A stretch of DNA of 64,000 nt from Chthoniobacteraceae bacterium (GCA_040081625.1 JBEBGD010000011.1:28785-92784), one strand, 5' to 3'. Counted from the stretch's first letter, positions 40,952 through 49,938 are shown. Notes: a model not told the origin generated them from the sequence alone. Program-made: numbers and translations.

Positions 40952-42391
40952 TCAGCGGGCAGCAGTCTTCACCACCGTATTCATCACCTTCCCGGTGTCG
41001 TCGCGGTGCTCGATTGTGAGCGTGGAGCCACCCTTTCCATCCGGAGTCACACGGGTGAAGACGAAGCCGCCCGTGGGCTCGGGGTAGGTGTAGGGTTGTT
41101 TGATCAGCGCCTCAGGATCGGTGCCTTTCTTCGAGCCGGGAGCAATGCCCACGCGCGAGTTTTCGTCGTTCAAGGCGCCGCATGCGAACTCCTCGATCCC
41201 GCTCGGATGGATGCTGTGATACTGCCAGTGCCGGTCGCCGCAGAAGGTCATAAAGCCGGTGATCTTGTTCGCGCCGAGCCATGCGAAGAACGCATCGGCC
41301 TCATGGCGGAAGCCGCCGAGATTGACGTGATTGTCCTTCTTGTGAGCGTCGTCGGGGCCGACCAGTGGCGTGGGGCTGATGAGGATCTTCCACGTCGCAT
41401 CGCTTTCCTTCAGCGTGCGCTCGATCCACGCGAGCTGCTCGCGGCCCCACAGCGTTTTGTCCGGGCCATCCGTCATCTTGTTTGGCGAGCGAAAGTCGCG
41501 ACCCTCGGTGAGCCAGATCTGCAGGTGCTTGTTCACGCGATGCGTCCGATACGTCGGCGACGTGCGGTCGCCCGCGGGATGAATCGGCATCTGCTCGCGG
41601 AAGATCTCGATGCCCGTCTGCGGCAGCGGAAGCTTGTCGCCCAGATTGTCCGAATCGTTGAACCGGAAGTCGTGATCGTCCTTTGACCAGTAGGTCGGCG
41701 TGCGCGCGAAGAAGTCGATCATCCGCGGAAAGCGGAACTGCTCGTGCCAGCACCCGCGAAGTTGCGGCAGACTCTGCGCGGGGCCGTTCATGACGTTGTC
41801 GTAATAAACGATGTCGCCTGTCCCGATGAAGAAGTCCGGCTTCAGCGGCGCCATCGCGGCGAAAGATGGGAAACCGAGTTTCCTGTCTTCATCCGTCGCC
41901 GTCACAGGGCCGCTCGCCTTGCCCTTCCCGCCGTGCATGAACTTGTTGTAGTTCATGCAGCTCCCCACGACGAACGCCACCGCCTTGTCCGAGTCCTTGC
42001 CGGGCAGCGTCGTGAACTGGCACACTGCACCGGGTTTGGCCTGGCCTTCATCCGCGCCAAACACCGGCCGGAAATAGTAGCCCTGCCCTGCCGTCAGTTG
42101 AGCCAGCGGCGCGCGCACGATGAAGTCCCGCGCGGCGGTCGCCTTGATCCAGTCGGTGCGCTTCGCGTCCTTGAGGTCCGCCGTCGTTCCATATTCGAAA
42201 CACGCGACTCCCGCCGCGCCCGGAACATCGCCATCGGCGTCCAAGGTGGGACCGGCGATCCCGGTAAGTCGCGTTTGCAGCAGCGCACTCGTCGCGGTGA
42301 TTTCACCGGCCATCGAGCCTTGCGCGGTGAAGATTTCCGCCCGGACGGCAGACAGGCTGAGCAGGCTAATTAGGGCGGCGGCGAATTTCAT
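40952..42391 (-). CDS. PhoD-family phosphatase
   Basis: GSMAGE, GSC, GDIVYYD, KDDHD, EGRDFRS, WGREQLAW, CGDRHWQY. Confidence 0.87.
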   Translation of the reverse strand: MKFAAALISLLSLSAVRAEIFTAQGSMAGEITATSALLQTRLTGIAGPTLDADGDVPGAAGVACFEYGTTADLKDAKRTDWIKATAARDFIVRAPLAQLTAGQGYYFRPVFGADEGQAKPGAVCQFTTLPGKDSDKAVAFVVGSCMNYNKFMHGGKGKASGPVTATDEDRKLGFPSFAAMAPLKPDFFIGTGDIVYYDNVMNGPAQSLPQLRGCWHEQFRFPRMIDFFARTPTYWSKDDHDFRFNDSDNLGDKLPLPQTGIEIFREQMPIHPAGDRTSPTYRTHRVNKHLQIWLTEGRDFRSPNKMTDGPDKTLWGREQLAWIERTLKESDATWKILISPTPLVGPDDAHKKDNHVNLGGFRHEADAFFAWLGANKITGFMTFCGDRHWQYHSIHPSGIEEFACGALNDENSRVGIAPGSKKGTDPEALIKQPYTYPEPTGGFVFTRVTPDGKGGSTLTIEHRDDTGKVMNTVVKTAAR

Positions 42392-42396
42392 GGGTT

Positions 42397-44856
42397 TCAC
42401 TTTGATCGGAACGTCTTGCTGGTCACAACCAATTCGACGAGTCGCCGCAGGCCGTCGTTCTCCTTCGCGACTTCGACGAGGATGTAATCGACCTGCGCGC
42501 GGTCCGTGGCCTCGATGCGGCGGCCGCAGCCGTAGGTGATGAGTTTCTCCGCGAGCATCCGCGCGAAGAGTTCCTTTCGCGCGACGAGGATTTGCTTGAG
42601 CCCGGCCACGTCCTTGAACGACTGCCCGCCCGGCAGTTCGCCGGTCGGGTCGATCTCGGGACCCTGCTTTTTCCCGACGCGATAGCTGGTCCGCCACACG
42701 CCGATGGGGTCGAAATTTTCCAACGCGAAGCCGAGCGGATCGATCTTCGCGTGGCAGTCGTAGCACGCGGGGTTGTCGCGATGTTTGGTGAGAATGTCGC
42801 GCATCGACTTGGCCCCGCGCACGTCGGGATCGATGGGCGGCACGTTGTCCGGCGGTGGTGCGGGCGGAGTGCCGAGGATGTTTTCCAGCAGCCACACGCC
42901 GCGCGTGACGGGCGAGGTCTCGATGCCGTTCGCGCTCACGGTCAGCACGCTGCCCTGCCCGAGCAGACCGCCGCGCCGGCGATCGGCGAGCGTCACTTCG
43001 CGGAACTCGTGCGCCTTCTCCGGCGTGCTGATCTGGCCGAGGCCATACAGCGTGGCGAGCGGCTGATTCACGAAGGTGTGATCGGCGTCGAGGAAGCGCA
43101 CGAGGCTGCCGTTCGTATCGAGCAGATTGCGCATGAACATCTGCGTCTCGCGCTTCATCGCGGCCTTGAGTCCATCGGTGTAGAAACGCTCGAACGCGTC
43201 TCGATCCGGCGGCATGTCGCCGAGGTTGCGGAGATTCAGCCAGCTATCGAGGAAGCCCTCGACGAAGGCATCCGCGCGGGGGTTGGCGAGCAGGCGGCGG
43301 GTCTGCGCGAGCAGCGTTTCGGTTTTCAGAAGCTCGCCGCTGTCCGCGACCTTTCGCAGTTCATCGTCCGGCATCGTGGACCAGAGGAAATACGAGAGCC
43401 GCGAGGCGAGCGCGTGTGCGCTGAGGCGTTTTCCCTCGGTCTCCGGATCGGCGAGATAGAGAAATGCGGGCGAGCAGAGCGCGGCCTTGAGCCCATCCTT
43501 GAGCGCAGCGAACGGCGTCTGCCCGGCCTTGCGACGCGTCTCGACGACGGCCATGAGCCGATTCACATCGTCGTCGGTCGCGGGACGGCGATACGCGCGG
43601 CTGGCGAACCTCGCCAGAATCTCGCGCGTGCGCTCCGGCGCGAACGGCTTTTCGCCGAGCACCGCGCGCTGCGGCGCGAGCGGCCATTGATCGATGATCG
43701 GACCGCGGATCGACACCTCGTGAATTCGGATGTGCGGCATCTTCCCGTATTTCAGCACCACCCGTCGCGCCTGGAAGATGCCGAGATCTTTGCGCTCCTC
43801 CGCCGGCCACTGGTCCTGATACTTCCGCGCGAGCGTGCCAAAGGCCGCGCGGCAGTTCGCCATGCCATTTGGGAAAATGAAGCGCGGCGTCTGACCGGCG
43901 TTCAGTCGCACGGTCATCGTGCGCCACTCTGGATCGCCGTCCGGAACGACCACCTCGGCGAGCTGCGGCTCGATCGGCTGCGGATGATGCAGCGGCCCAG
44001 CCTTCACATCACCCGGCACGATCCCGAGCCGGAAGGGTTGCTCGGTGGCGCGCTTGAAGATCGCGGGATCATACGGGTGATGCCGGTTCATCGCCTGCGC
44101 CTTCACCTTGATCTCGTAGATGCCATCGCCCGGCACACCCTGACTGAAGGCGTGAACCGGCACGTAGCCGCCCTCGTGCTTGTCCGTATCGGGCACCTCA
44201 TACACGCAGAGGTAGCGGTTCTGATAGACGCTCGTGTGCGAAAAGGTGAGTTCCTGCTGCTGACGGAAGTTGTCCTTGAAAGTCCACGTCTGCTCCGCGG
44301 GCTTTTCGGTCACGCCGAGCGCGCGTTCCACCACTTGATCCGCTGCGTCGAGATACTGCGCGAGCAGGTAACCCGAGGTCCGCAGCACGTCGCCGAGATT
44401 GTCCATGTGCTCGGCCATCTGGTCGCGCGGAAACTTCGCCGTCGGATCGATGAGCCGCATGTCGAGCGCAAGCAGATCGCCGATCGTGTTGAGATACTCG
44501 CGCTTGTTCAGCCGTCGCAGCACGGTTTGTCCGCCGGTGCTTTGGAACTTCGTCCGCGCATCCGCCACCGCCGAGGTGAGCGCCGAGACGATCGCGCTGC
44601 GCTCCGCGACCGTCGGCTGCTTCGACTTCTTCGGCGGCATCTCGCCGAGGTTGAGTTGATCGACGATGTCCTGAAGGTCGATCACGTCCTCCATCTTGCT
44701 CGCGGGAATGGAAAGCTGATCAAAGCGCCGGTCGCCCTTCTGCTTCTTCGCCCCGTGGCACTCGTTGCAGTAAGTCTCGAGGAACGCGTGCGGCTCGACC
44801 GCCGATGCCACGATGGGCAACGCAGCCAGCAGAACCGCCAGAGACCGAATCTTCAC
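42397..44856 (-). CDS. Planctomycete-type cytochrome c with DUF1587/1595/1592/1588/1585 domains
   Basis: CNECH, LRRLNKREY.NTI.DLL, FASRAYRRP, LASRLSYFLWS.MPD, RGGLLGQ, TSPVTRG, CYDCH..IDPLGFALENFD. Alternative GTG start at 44883 would be translationally coupled. Confidence 0.92.
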   Translation of the reverse strand: MKIRSLAVLLAALPIVASAVEPHAFLETYCNECHGAKKQKGDRRFDQLSIPASKMEDVIDLQDIVDQLNLGEMPPKKSKQPTVAERSAIVSALTSAVADARTKFQSTGGQTVLRRLNKREYLNTIGDLLALDMRLIDPTAKFPRDQMAEHMDNLGDVLRTSGYLLAQYLDAADQVVERALGVTEKPAEQTWTFKDNFRQQQELTFSHTSVYQNRYLCVYEVPDTDKHEGGYVPVHAFSQGVPGDGIYEIKVKAQAMNRHHPYDPAIFKRATEQPFRLGIVPGDVKAGPLHHPQPIEPQLAEVVVPDGDPEWRTMTVRLNAGQTPRFIFPNGMANCRAAFGTLARKYQDQWPAEERKDLGIFQARRVVLKYGKMPHIRIHEVSIRGPIIDQWPLAPQRAVLGEKPFAPERTREILARFASRAYRRPATDDDVNRLMAVVETRRKAGQTPFAALKDGLKAALCSPAFLYLADPETEGKRLSAHALASRLSYFLWSTMPDDELRKVADSGELLKTETLLAQTRRLLANPRADAFVEGFLDSWLNLRNLGDMPPDRDAFERFYTDGLKAAMKRETQMFMRNLLDTNGSLVRFLDADHTFVNQPLATLYGLGQISTPEKAHEFREVTLADRRRGGLLGQGSVLTVSANGIETSPVTRGVWLLENILGTPPAPPPDNVPPIDPDVRGAKSMRDILTKHRDNPACYDCHAKIDPLGFALENFDPIGVWRTSYRVGKKQGPEIDPTGELPGGQSFKDVAGLKQILVARKELFARMLAEKLITYGCGRRIEATDRAQVDYILVEVAKENDGLRRLVELVVTSKTFRSK

Positions 44857-44879
44857 GGGGAGCGGAAGGCGGGCGCGGC

Positions 44880-46181
44880 TCACGCGAAGTTCGCGATCGT
44901 CCCCGAGCCAATGCCGAACTTCTCCACCTCGACGCCGAAGCGCTGGAGCATGGTGACGTAGAGATTGCACAGCGGCTGTTTGCCGAGGCCGTTCGTCGGA
45001 TACGCCTTGTGCTCGCCGTGCTTGAATCCGCCGCCCGCGAGGAGGATCGGGAGGTTGAGATTGGTGTGCGCATTCGCGTTCGCCATGCCGCTGCCGAAGA
45101 GCACCATCGAGTGATCGAGCAGCGTGCCGTCGCCGTCCTCGATCGATTTCAGCTTCGCGATGAACCGCGCGAACTGCTCCATCTGGTATTTCTCCAGCGT
45201 GAGCAGGCCGTCGATGTTTTCCTGCACCTGGCCGTGATGCGAGAGCGCGTGCCAGTCCTTGCGAAGGTCGAACGCCGACGCCTCGAACCCGCCCGCAATC
45301 TCGAGCGAGGCGATGCGCGTCGAGTCGGTCTGAAGCGCGAGCGCGATGAGATCGTAGAGCACCGGCAGGTCCGAGACGAAGCCGGTGTTCTCGGGCTCGG
45401 GCATTCCGGGTTTCGGCTTCGGCACGTCGGACCATTGACGGCTGAGTTCGAGCTGCTTCTCCACGTCGCGCACGGAGGTGAAATACTCGTCGAGCTTCTC
45501 CTGATCGCGCTTGCCGAGATGCGTCTTGAGCGCCTTCGCGTCGCCGTTCACGGCATCGAGGATGGAACCCTGGAGGTCGAGTCGGTCGAGCGTGCGCTCG
45601 CGATCGGTGGCATTGTCGGAGACGAAAAGTTTTCGGAAAAGTTCGCGTGGTCCGGGGATCGGCGGCACGCGCGTGCCACTGCGCGTCCACGACATGAGGC
45701 AGCCGCCGTGGATGCCATCCTCCGAGCCGATCGTGAGCGAAGGAAACCGCGTCGCGCCGCCCACCGTCTCCGCCGCCCGCTGGTCGATCGTGATGTTTCC
45801 CTCCGGCATCCCTTTCGCATCCATCGTGCGCACGCCGCTGAGGTAGGAGTGGATCGCGAAGTGCCCGCCTTTGTGCCCGTGATCGAGCCCGGAGAAGAGC
45901 GTGAAATCCCGCTGATGCGGCGCGAGCGGCTGGAGCAGCAGGGGCAGATCGTAATCGCGCCCCGTTTTCGTCGGCCAAAATGCCGGCTGGTAATAGCCGA
46001 GCATGTTGCCGATGCACACCATGCGCGTGGGTCGCGCGCCTTTCACTGCGGCGCCCGCCTGCGTGCCGAGGCCCGCGCCGAGCACGCGCTGTGAGAGCGA
46101 TTCGAGGAGCGGCAGCGCGAGCGTGATGCCGGCGGCCTTGAGGAAGAAACGACGATTCGGAAGATGGCGTTGCGGAGTCAT
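44880..46181 (-). CDS. DUF1552 protein (Tat-exported)
   Basis: NRRFFLKAAG..LALPLLESL; TIDQ, SILD.V, DQEKLDEYFTSVR.VE, LALQTDSTRI, HALSHH, LLD.SMVLFGSGM, H...NLP.LLAGG. Confidence 0.92.
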   Translation of the reverse strand: MTPQRHLPNRRFFLKAAGITLALPLLESLSQRVLGAGLGTQAGAAVKGARPTRMVCIGNMLGYYQPAFWPTKTGRDYDLPLLLQPLAPHQRDFTLFSGLDHGHKGGHFAIHSYLSGVRTMDAKGMPEGNITIDQRAAETVGGATRFPSLTIGSEDGIHGGCLMSWTRSGTRVPPIPGPRELFRKLFVSDNATDRERTLDRLDLQGSILDAVNGDAKALKTHLGKRDQEKLDEYFTSVRDVEKQLELSRQWSDVPKPKPGMPEPENTGFVSDLPVLYDLIALALQTDSTRIASLEIAGGFEASAFDLRKDWHALSHHGQVQENIDGLLTLEKYQMEQFARFIAKLKSIEDGDGTLLDHSMVLFGSGMANANAHTNLNLPILLAGGGFKHGEHKAYPTNGLGKQPLCNLYVTMLQRFGVEVEKFGIGSGTIANFA

Positions 46182-46234
46182 GGTTCGGGAGGAGTGGGAG
46201 TCGCGGGATGCGGCGTTCTTTGAAGGCGTGGGCG

Positions 46235-47557
46235 TCAGTCTTTGGCGACGGCGTCGCGATCGGCCCGCGAGAGTTCGGCGAGACGCTGGCGCAGCGCATC
46301 GACTTTCTCCGGCCGGCTTTTCGCGAGGTCGGTCTTTTCGTTCGGGTCGGTGGCGAGGTTGAAAAGCTCGGTCCGCTTTTCCTTGTCGGTCACGACGAGT
46401 TTCCAGTCGCCATCGCGCACGGCGCTCGAGCGGAAGCCTGGAGCGGCGACGTAGATCGCGCGCGGCTTCGGCGGCTCGGAGCCGGCGAGCTGCGGCCAGA
46501 GGTTGATGCCGTCCCATTTCGAATCGCGCTCCGGCTTGTAGCCCGCGAGCGCGCAGAAGGTCGGCATCCAGTCGCTGATGTGGGCGACGCCGCCGAACTT
46601 GCCCGGCTTCAGTTTGCCCGGCCAGTTCGCGATCGTCGCGACGCGGATGCCACCCTCATAAACGCTGCCCTTTTCGCCGCGCAGCGGGGTGTTGCTGCCG
46701 GGGAGTTTGCCCGGTGCGTAGTCGTCGGGCGGATAAGTCTGGCCGTTGTTCTCCGCGGTGCTGCCGCCGTTGTCGCTGGTGAAGACGACGAGCGTGTTCG
46801 TGCCTTTCACCGCCGCCGCGATGCGTCCGACCGCGTCGTCGAGATGCATGACGCACGCGGCGTATTCGCGCTGCACTTCGCCGGTGATGTTCGCGGGCAC
46901 TTTCGCGAGCCATTCCGCGGGTTCCTTGATCGGCAGATGCACGGCGGTGAACGGCACGTAGAGAAAGAACGGCTTGTCCTTCCGCGACTCGATCCACCGC
47001 ACCGCCTCGCGTGTGATGAGATCGGTGACGTGACCCTTTTCCTCGATGAGCTGCCCGTTGCGGTGCCACGTCTTCATGAACGCGCCCTTCTTGTAATGAT
47101 GATCCCAAGGTCCGACGCCGCCTGCGAGCGAGCCGTAGCCGTGATCGAACCCGAACTTCTGCGGCCCTTCCTCCGGCTTCGATCCGAGGTGCCACTTGCC
47201 GCAGATCGCGGTGTCGTAGCCGGTCGATTTCAGCGCGCTCGCGAGCGTGACGGTGTCCCACGGATACGCACGGTTGTTCTGCGGATTGGTGACGCCGAAT
47301 CTTGTCGCATAGCGCCCGCTGAGCAGCGCCGAACGCGTCGGGCTGCACACGGGATAGACGTAGTGCTGCGCCAGCTCCACGCCCTCCGCGGCGAGTCGGT
47401 CGAGGTGCGGGGTTGGCGCATTGCCGCCGTGGAATGCCACGTCCGCCCAGCCGAGATCATCGGCGATGATGAAGACGAAGTTGGGTTTGTCGGCGGCCCA
47501 TGAGACCCATGGGACGCATGAGACCCATAGGACGAAGAGGAGGCGCAGTGTTTTCAT
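46235..47557 (-). CDS. Arylsulfatase (S1, arylsulfatase B-like)
   Basis: PNFVFIIADDLGWAD, CSPTR, GKWHLG, SDNGG, GEKGSVYEGGIR. Confidence 0.94.
   Translation of the reverse strand: MKTLRLLFVLWVSCVPWVSWAADKPNFVFIIADDLGWADVAFHGGNAPTPHLDRLAAEGVELAQHYVYPVCSPTRSALLSGRYATRFGVTNPQNNRAYPWDTVTLASALKSTGYDTAICGKWHLGSKPEEGPQKFGFDHGYGSLAGGVGPWDHHYKKGAFMKTWHRNGQLIEEKGHVTDLITREAVRWIESRKDKPFFLYVPFTAVHLPIKEPAEWLAKVPANITGEVQREYAACVMHLDDAVGRIAAAVKGTNTLVVFTSDNGGSTAENNGQTYPPDDYAPGKLPGSNTPLRGEKGSVYEGGIRVATIANWPGKLKPGKFGGVAHISDWMPTFCALAGYKPERDSKWDGINLWPQLAGSEPPKPRAIYVAAPGFRSSAVRDGDWKLVVTDKEKRTELFNLATDPNEKTDLAKSRPEKVDALRQRLAELSRADRDAVAKD
47497..47532. repeat. 4 x 9-bp tandem repeat inside a signal-peptide coding region
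   Basis: CCCATGAGA CCCATGGGA CGCATGAGA CCCATAGGA; encodes (V)LWVSCVPWVSW on the minus strand. Confidence 0.85.
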
Positions 47558-48393
47558 TGGCGGAGTTCGGCGATGCCGCGCTTGAGCGCGAAGACGGTCT
47601 TCACTTCGTCGTCGGTGAGCGGGCGATTGAAGACGGCGAGGTCGTCGAGCAGGCCGACATAGGCGAGCCCGAGCGTGAGCGCGCTCTTGTCCACCTCCCA
47701 GTTGAAGGTGTTTTCCCAGCCGCTGAACTCGCCCACCTTCGCGCCGTCGAGATAGAGCCGGCCCCAGCCATCCTTCGCGCCGGTGTTCGCATTACCGAAG
47801 GTGAAGCACACATGCGTCCAGCGCTCGCGCGTGAACGGCGGCTTCTCCACCGCGACCATCGGCCGGCGCTGCATCTCCTCCCACTTCTGGTTGTTCGGAT
47901 TCCACAGCTTTGTGATCGCCATGATCGCGTAGCGAAAATGCCGCGGCGTGTGGTCCTTGCTGAACTCGACGAACATATTCCCCTCGCCCCACGCCTGCGC
48001 GAGGAACTGCACCGGGTCGCAGTAGCCGGGCTCGAGATCCTTGTCGGGATCGAGCCTCATCCAGAACGACGCGCTGCCGCTCCAGTTCTTCGGCTGGAAG
48101 CCGAGGTTGCGCTCGCCCTTGAAAAAGACCTGCTCCTTCGTCTTGCGCCGGAAGTTGAGCGCGTCGCCGAACCTGCCGTCGCCCTTCGCGATCTCGATTG
48201 CGTCGCCCGCGTGCAGCCCCGGTTGCGCGGGCGTGCGCTTGCGATCCGGCGAGGTGTAAAGCTGCGTGTCGCCGGTCGCGAAGTCGGCATGCGGTCCGCG
48301 ATCGAACGACGCGTGCAGCAACAGCGCGGACTTCAGCGGGTCCGCTGCGACGAGCGGCGTGGCGAGGGCGAGGAGAAGGAGGGCGGGTTTCAT
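47554..48393 (-). CDS. Secreted LamG/concanavalin A-like jelly-roll protein
   Basis: LHASFD, GRFGDAL, SFWM, WTHVCFT, LYLDG, LDDLAVFNRPLT..EV. Confidence 0.85.
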   Translation of the reverse strand: MKPALLLLALATPLVAADPLKSALLLHASFDRGPHADFATGDTQLYTSPDRKRTPAQPGLHAGDAIEIAKGDGRFGDALNFRRKTKEQVFFKGERNLGFQPKNWSGSASFWMRLDPDKDLEPGYCDPVQFLAQAWGEGNMFVEFSKDHTPRHFRYAIMAITKLWNPNNQKWEEMQRRPMVAVEKPPFTRERWTHVCFTFGNANTGAKDGWGRLYLDGAKVGEFSGWENTFNWEVDKSALTLGLAYVGLLDDLAVFNRPLTDDEVKTVFALKRGIAELRQ

Positions 48394-49868
48394 AGCGGGA
48401 GAAGTTTCAGCCCGGCGGGCGCGGGCGCGGACAGTCGCCGCTGCACGAGCGCGCTGTGCTCGCGGACGTCCGCCTCGTGCTCAGGCTTGCCGGCGAGGTT
48501 CACGGTCTCTGTCGGGTCATCGCGCAGATCGTAAAGCTCGCGTGCCGCGATCGAGTCGTCCTTCTTTCGCCACTCGACGTAACGCCATCGGTCGGTGCGC
48601 ACGGCGTGGCCAAGCAGCGGGCCGGTTTCCTTCGAGCCGCGCGGATAGACTTGGTGCGCGGCCGTCTTCGTCGCCCGACCGGGTGCGGTGAGCCACGGGA
48701 CGAGGCTGTCGCCTTGCAAATGCGCGGGCTTCTCGATGCCGGCGAGTTCGCAGAGCGTCGGGTAGATGTCCACGAACTCGGCGAGCGCGCGCGTCTTTTG
48801 CCCGCCTGCCTTCCCCGGCGCGGCGAGGATGAGCGGGGCGCGCGTGGCCTGCTCGTAGTTGCTGTGCTTGCACCACATGCCGTGGTCGCCGAGGTGCCAG
48901 CCGTGGTCGCCCCAGAGCACGATGATCGTGTTCTTTGCGAGCCCGAGCGTGTCGAGTTCGTCGAGCACGCGACCGAGTTGCGCGTCCATGTAGCTCGTCG
49001 CGGCATAGTAGCCGTGAATGAGCGTGCGCGCCTTCGCGTCGTCGATCGGGCCAGTCTCGGGGATGTCGCTGTATGCCCGCAGCTCGCCCCACGAGCTCGG
49101 CGCCCACGCGGGCGCGCCATCCGGCGGCGTGCTGCGCGCGGCGAGCGCGAACTTCGCGGGGTCGTGCATGTCCCAGTATTTCTTCGGCGCGCAAAAGGGC
49201 AGGTGCGGCTTGAGGAAGCCGACCGCGAGGAAGAACGCCTCGCCGCTCTTCTTGAACCCACGCAGCCGCGCGACGGCTTCGTTCGCGATCTTGCCATCGC
49301 CGTATGCGTCGTCGGCCACGTCGGCGTTTTCGTAGGCCGCGCCCTTCGGCAGCTTCCACGCTTCCTTTCCCTTGTTCGCAAAGAGCGCCTCCTCGCGTGT
49401 GAGCTGCGCGTTGTTCTCTTTGCGCGCGTAGCCGATGCTCTTCGCCTGGAAATGCGGCACGCTCCACGATGCCGGGTCTTCGTGATTCCCGTGCCCGACG
49501 TGGAAGATCTTCCCGAGCCCGTGGCTCGCGTAGCCATGTTGCTTGAACCACTGCGGCAGCGTCGTCACGTCGGGCGCGCGCTTGCGGAAGTTCGTGCCCA
49601 GATCGGTGATGCGCAGCGTCTCGGGCCGCAGTCCGGTGAGCACGGCGTTGCGCGACGGCGCGCACACCGCCTGCATGCAATACGCCCGCTCGAACACCGT
49701 CCCGCGCGCCGCGAGCCGGTCGAGGTGCGGCGTCTTCGCGAGCGCGTCGCCGTAGCAGCCGATCGTCGGCTTGAGATCATCGACGGCGATGAAGAGCACG
49801 TTCGGCTTCGGCTCCGCCGCGAGGGCGCAGGCCGACAACGCGGCGATGATGAGGGCGGAAAACTTCAT
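48390..49868 (-). CDS. Sulfatase (S1, iduronate-2-sulfatase-like); first gene of the array
   Basis: PNVLFIAVDDLK, CAPSR, GKIFH, GFLKPHLPF, GDHGWHLGDH. Confidence 0.95.
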   Translation of the reverse strand: MKFSALIIAALSACALAAEPKPNVLFIAVDDLKPTIGCYGDALAKTPHLDRLAARGTVFERAYCMQAVCAPSRNAVLTGLRPETLRITDLGTNFRKRAPDVTTLPQWFKQHGYASHGLGKIFHVGHGNHEDPASWSVPHFQAKSIGYARKENNAQLTREEALFANKGKEAWKLPKGAAYENADVADDAYGDGKIANEAVARLRGFKKSGEAFFLAVGFLKPHLPFCAPKKYWDMHDPAKFALAARSTPPDGAPAWAPSSWGELRAYSDIPETGPIDDAKARTLIHGYYAATSYMDAQLGRVLDELDTLGLAKNTIIVLWGDHGWHLGDHGMWCKHSNYEQATRAPLILAAPGKAGGQKTRALAEFVDIYPTLCELAGIEKPAHLQGDSLVPWLTAPGRATKTAAHQVYPRGSKETGPLLGHAVRTDRWRYVEWRKKDDSIAARELYDLRDDPTETVNLAGKPEHEADVREHSALVQRRLSAPAPAGLKLLPL

Positions 49869-49883
49869 GGAGGTGACGGCCAC

Positions 49884-49920
49884 ACTAAGCAGCGATCCGC
49901 CGCCGCGGCGCCTCTACATT
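49884..49920 (-). promoter_or_regulatory. Candidate bipartite promoter AATG-N23-GCTGCTTAGT at the head of the sulfatase array
   Basis: Ends about 15 nt upstream of ATG 49868; same motif and spacing at 2015..2051; adjacent TTGCC-N6-GGCAA palindrome at 49920-49935. Confidence 0.45.
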
Positions 49921-49938
49921 TGCCTAGTGCGGCAAGCC

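Noticed and set aside
1..49868. Integron-like or repeat-delimited cassette structure explaining the array
   Set aside because: I read the junctions and found no shared attC-like or direct-repeat sequence; many are overlaps or gaps under 20 bp.
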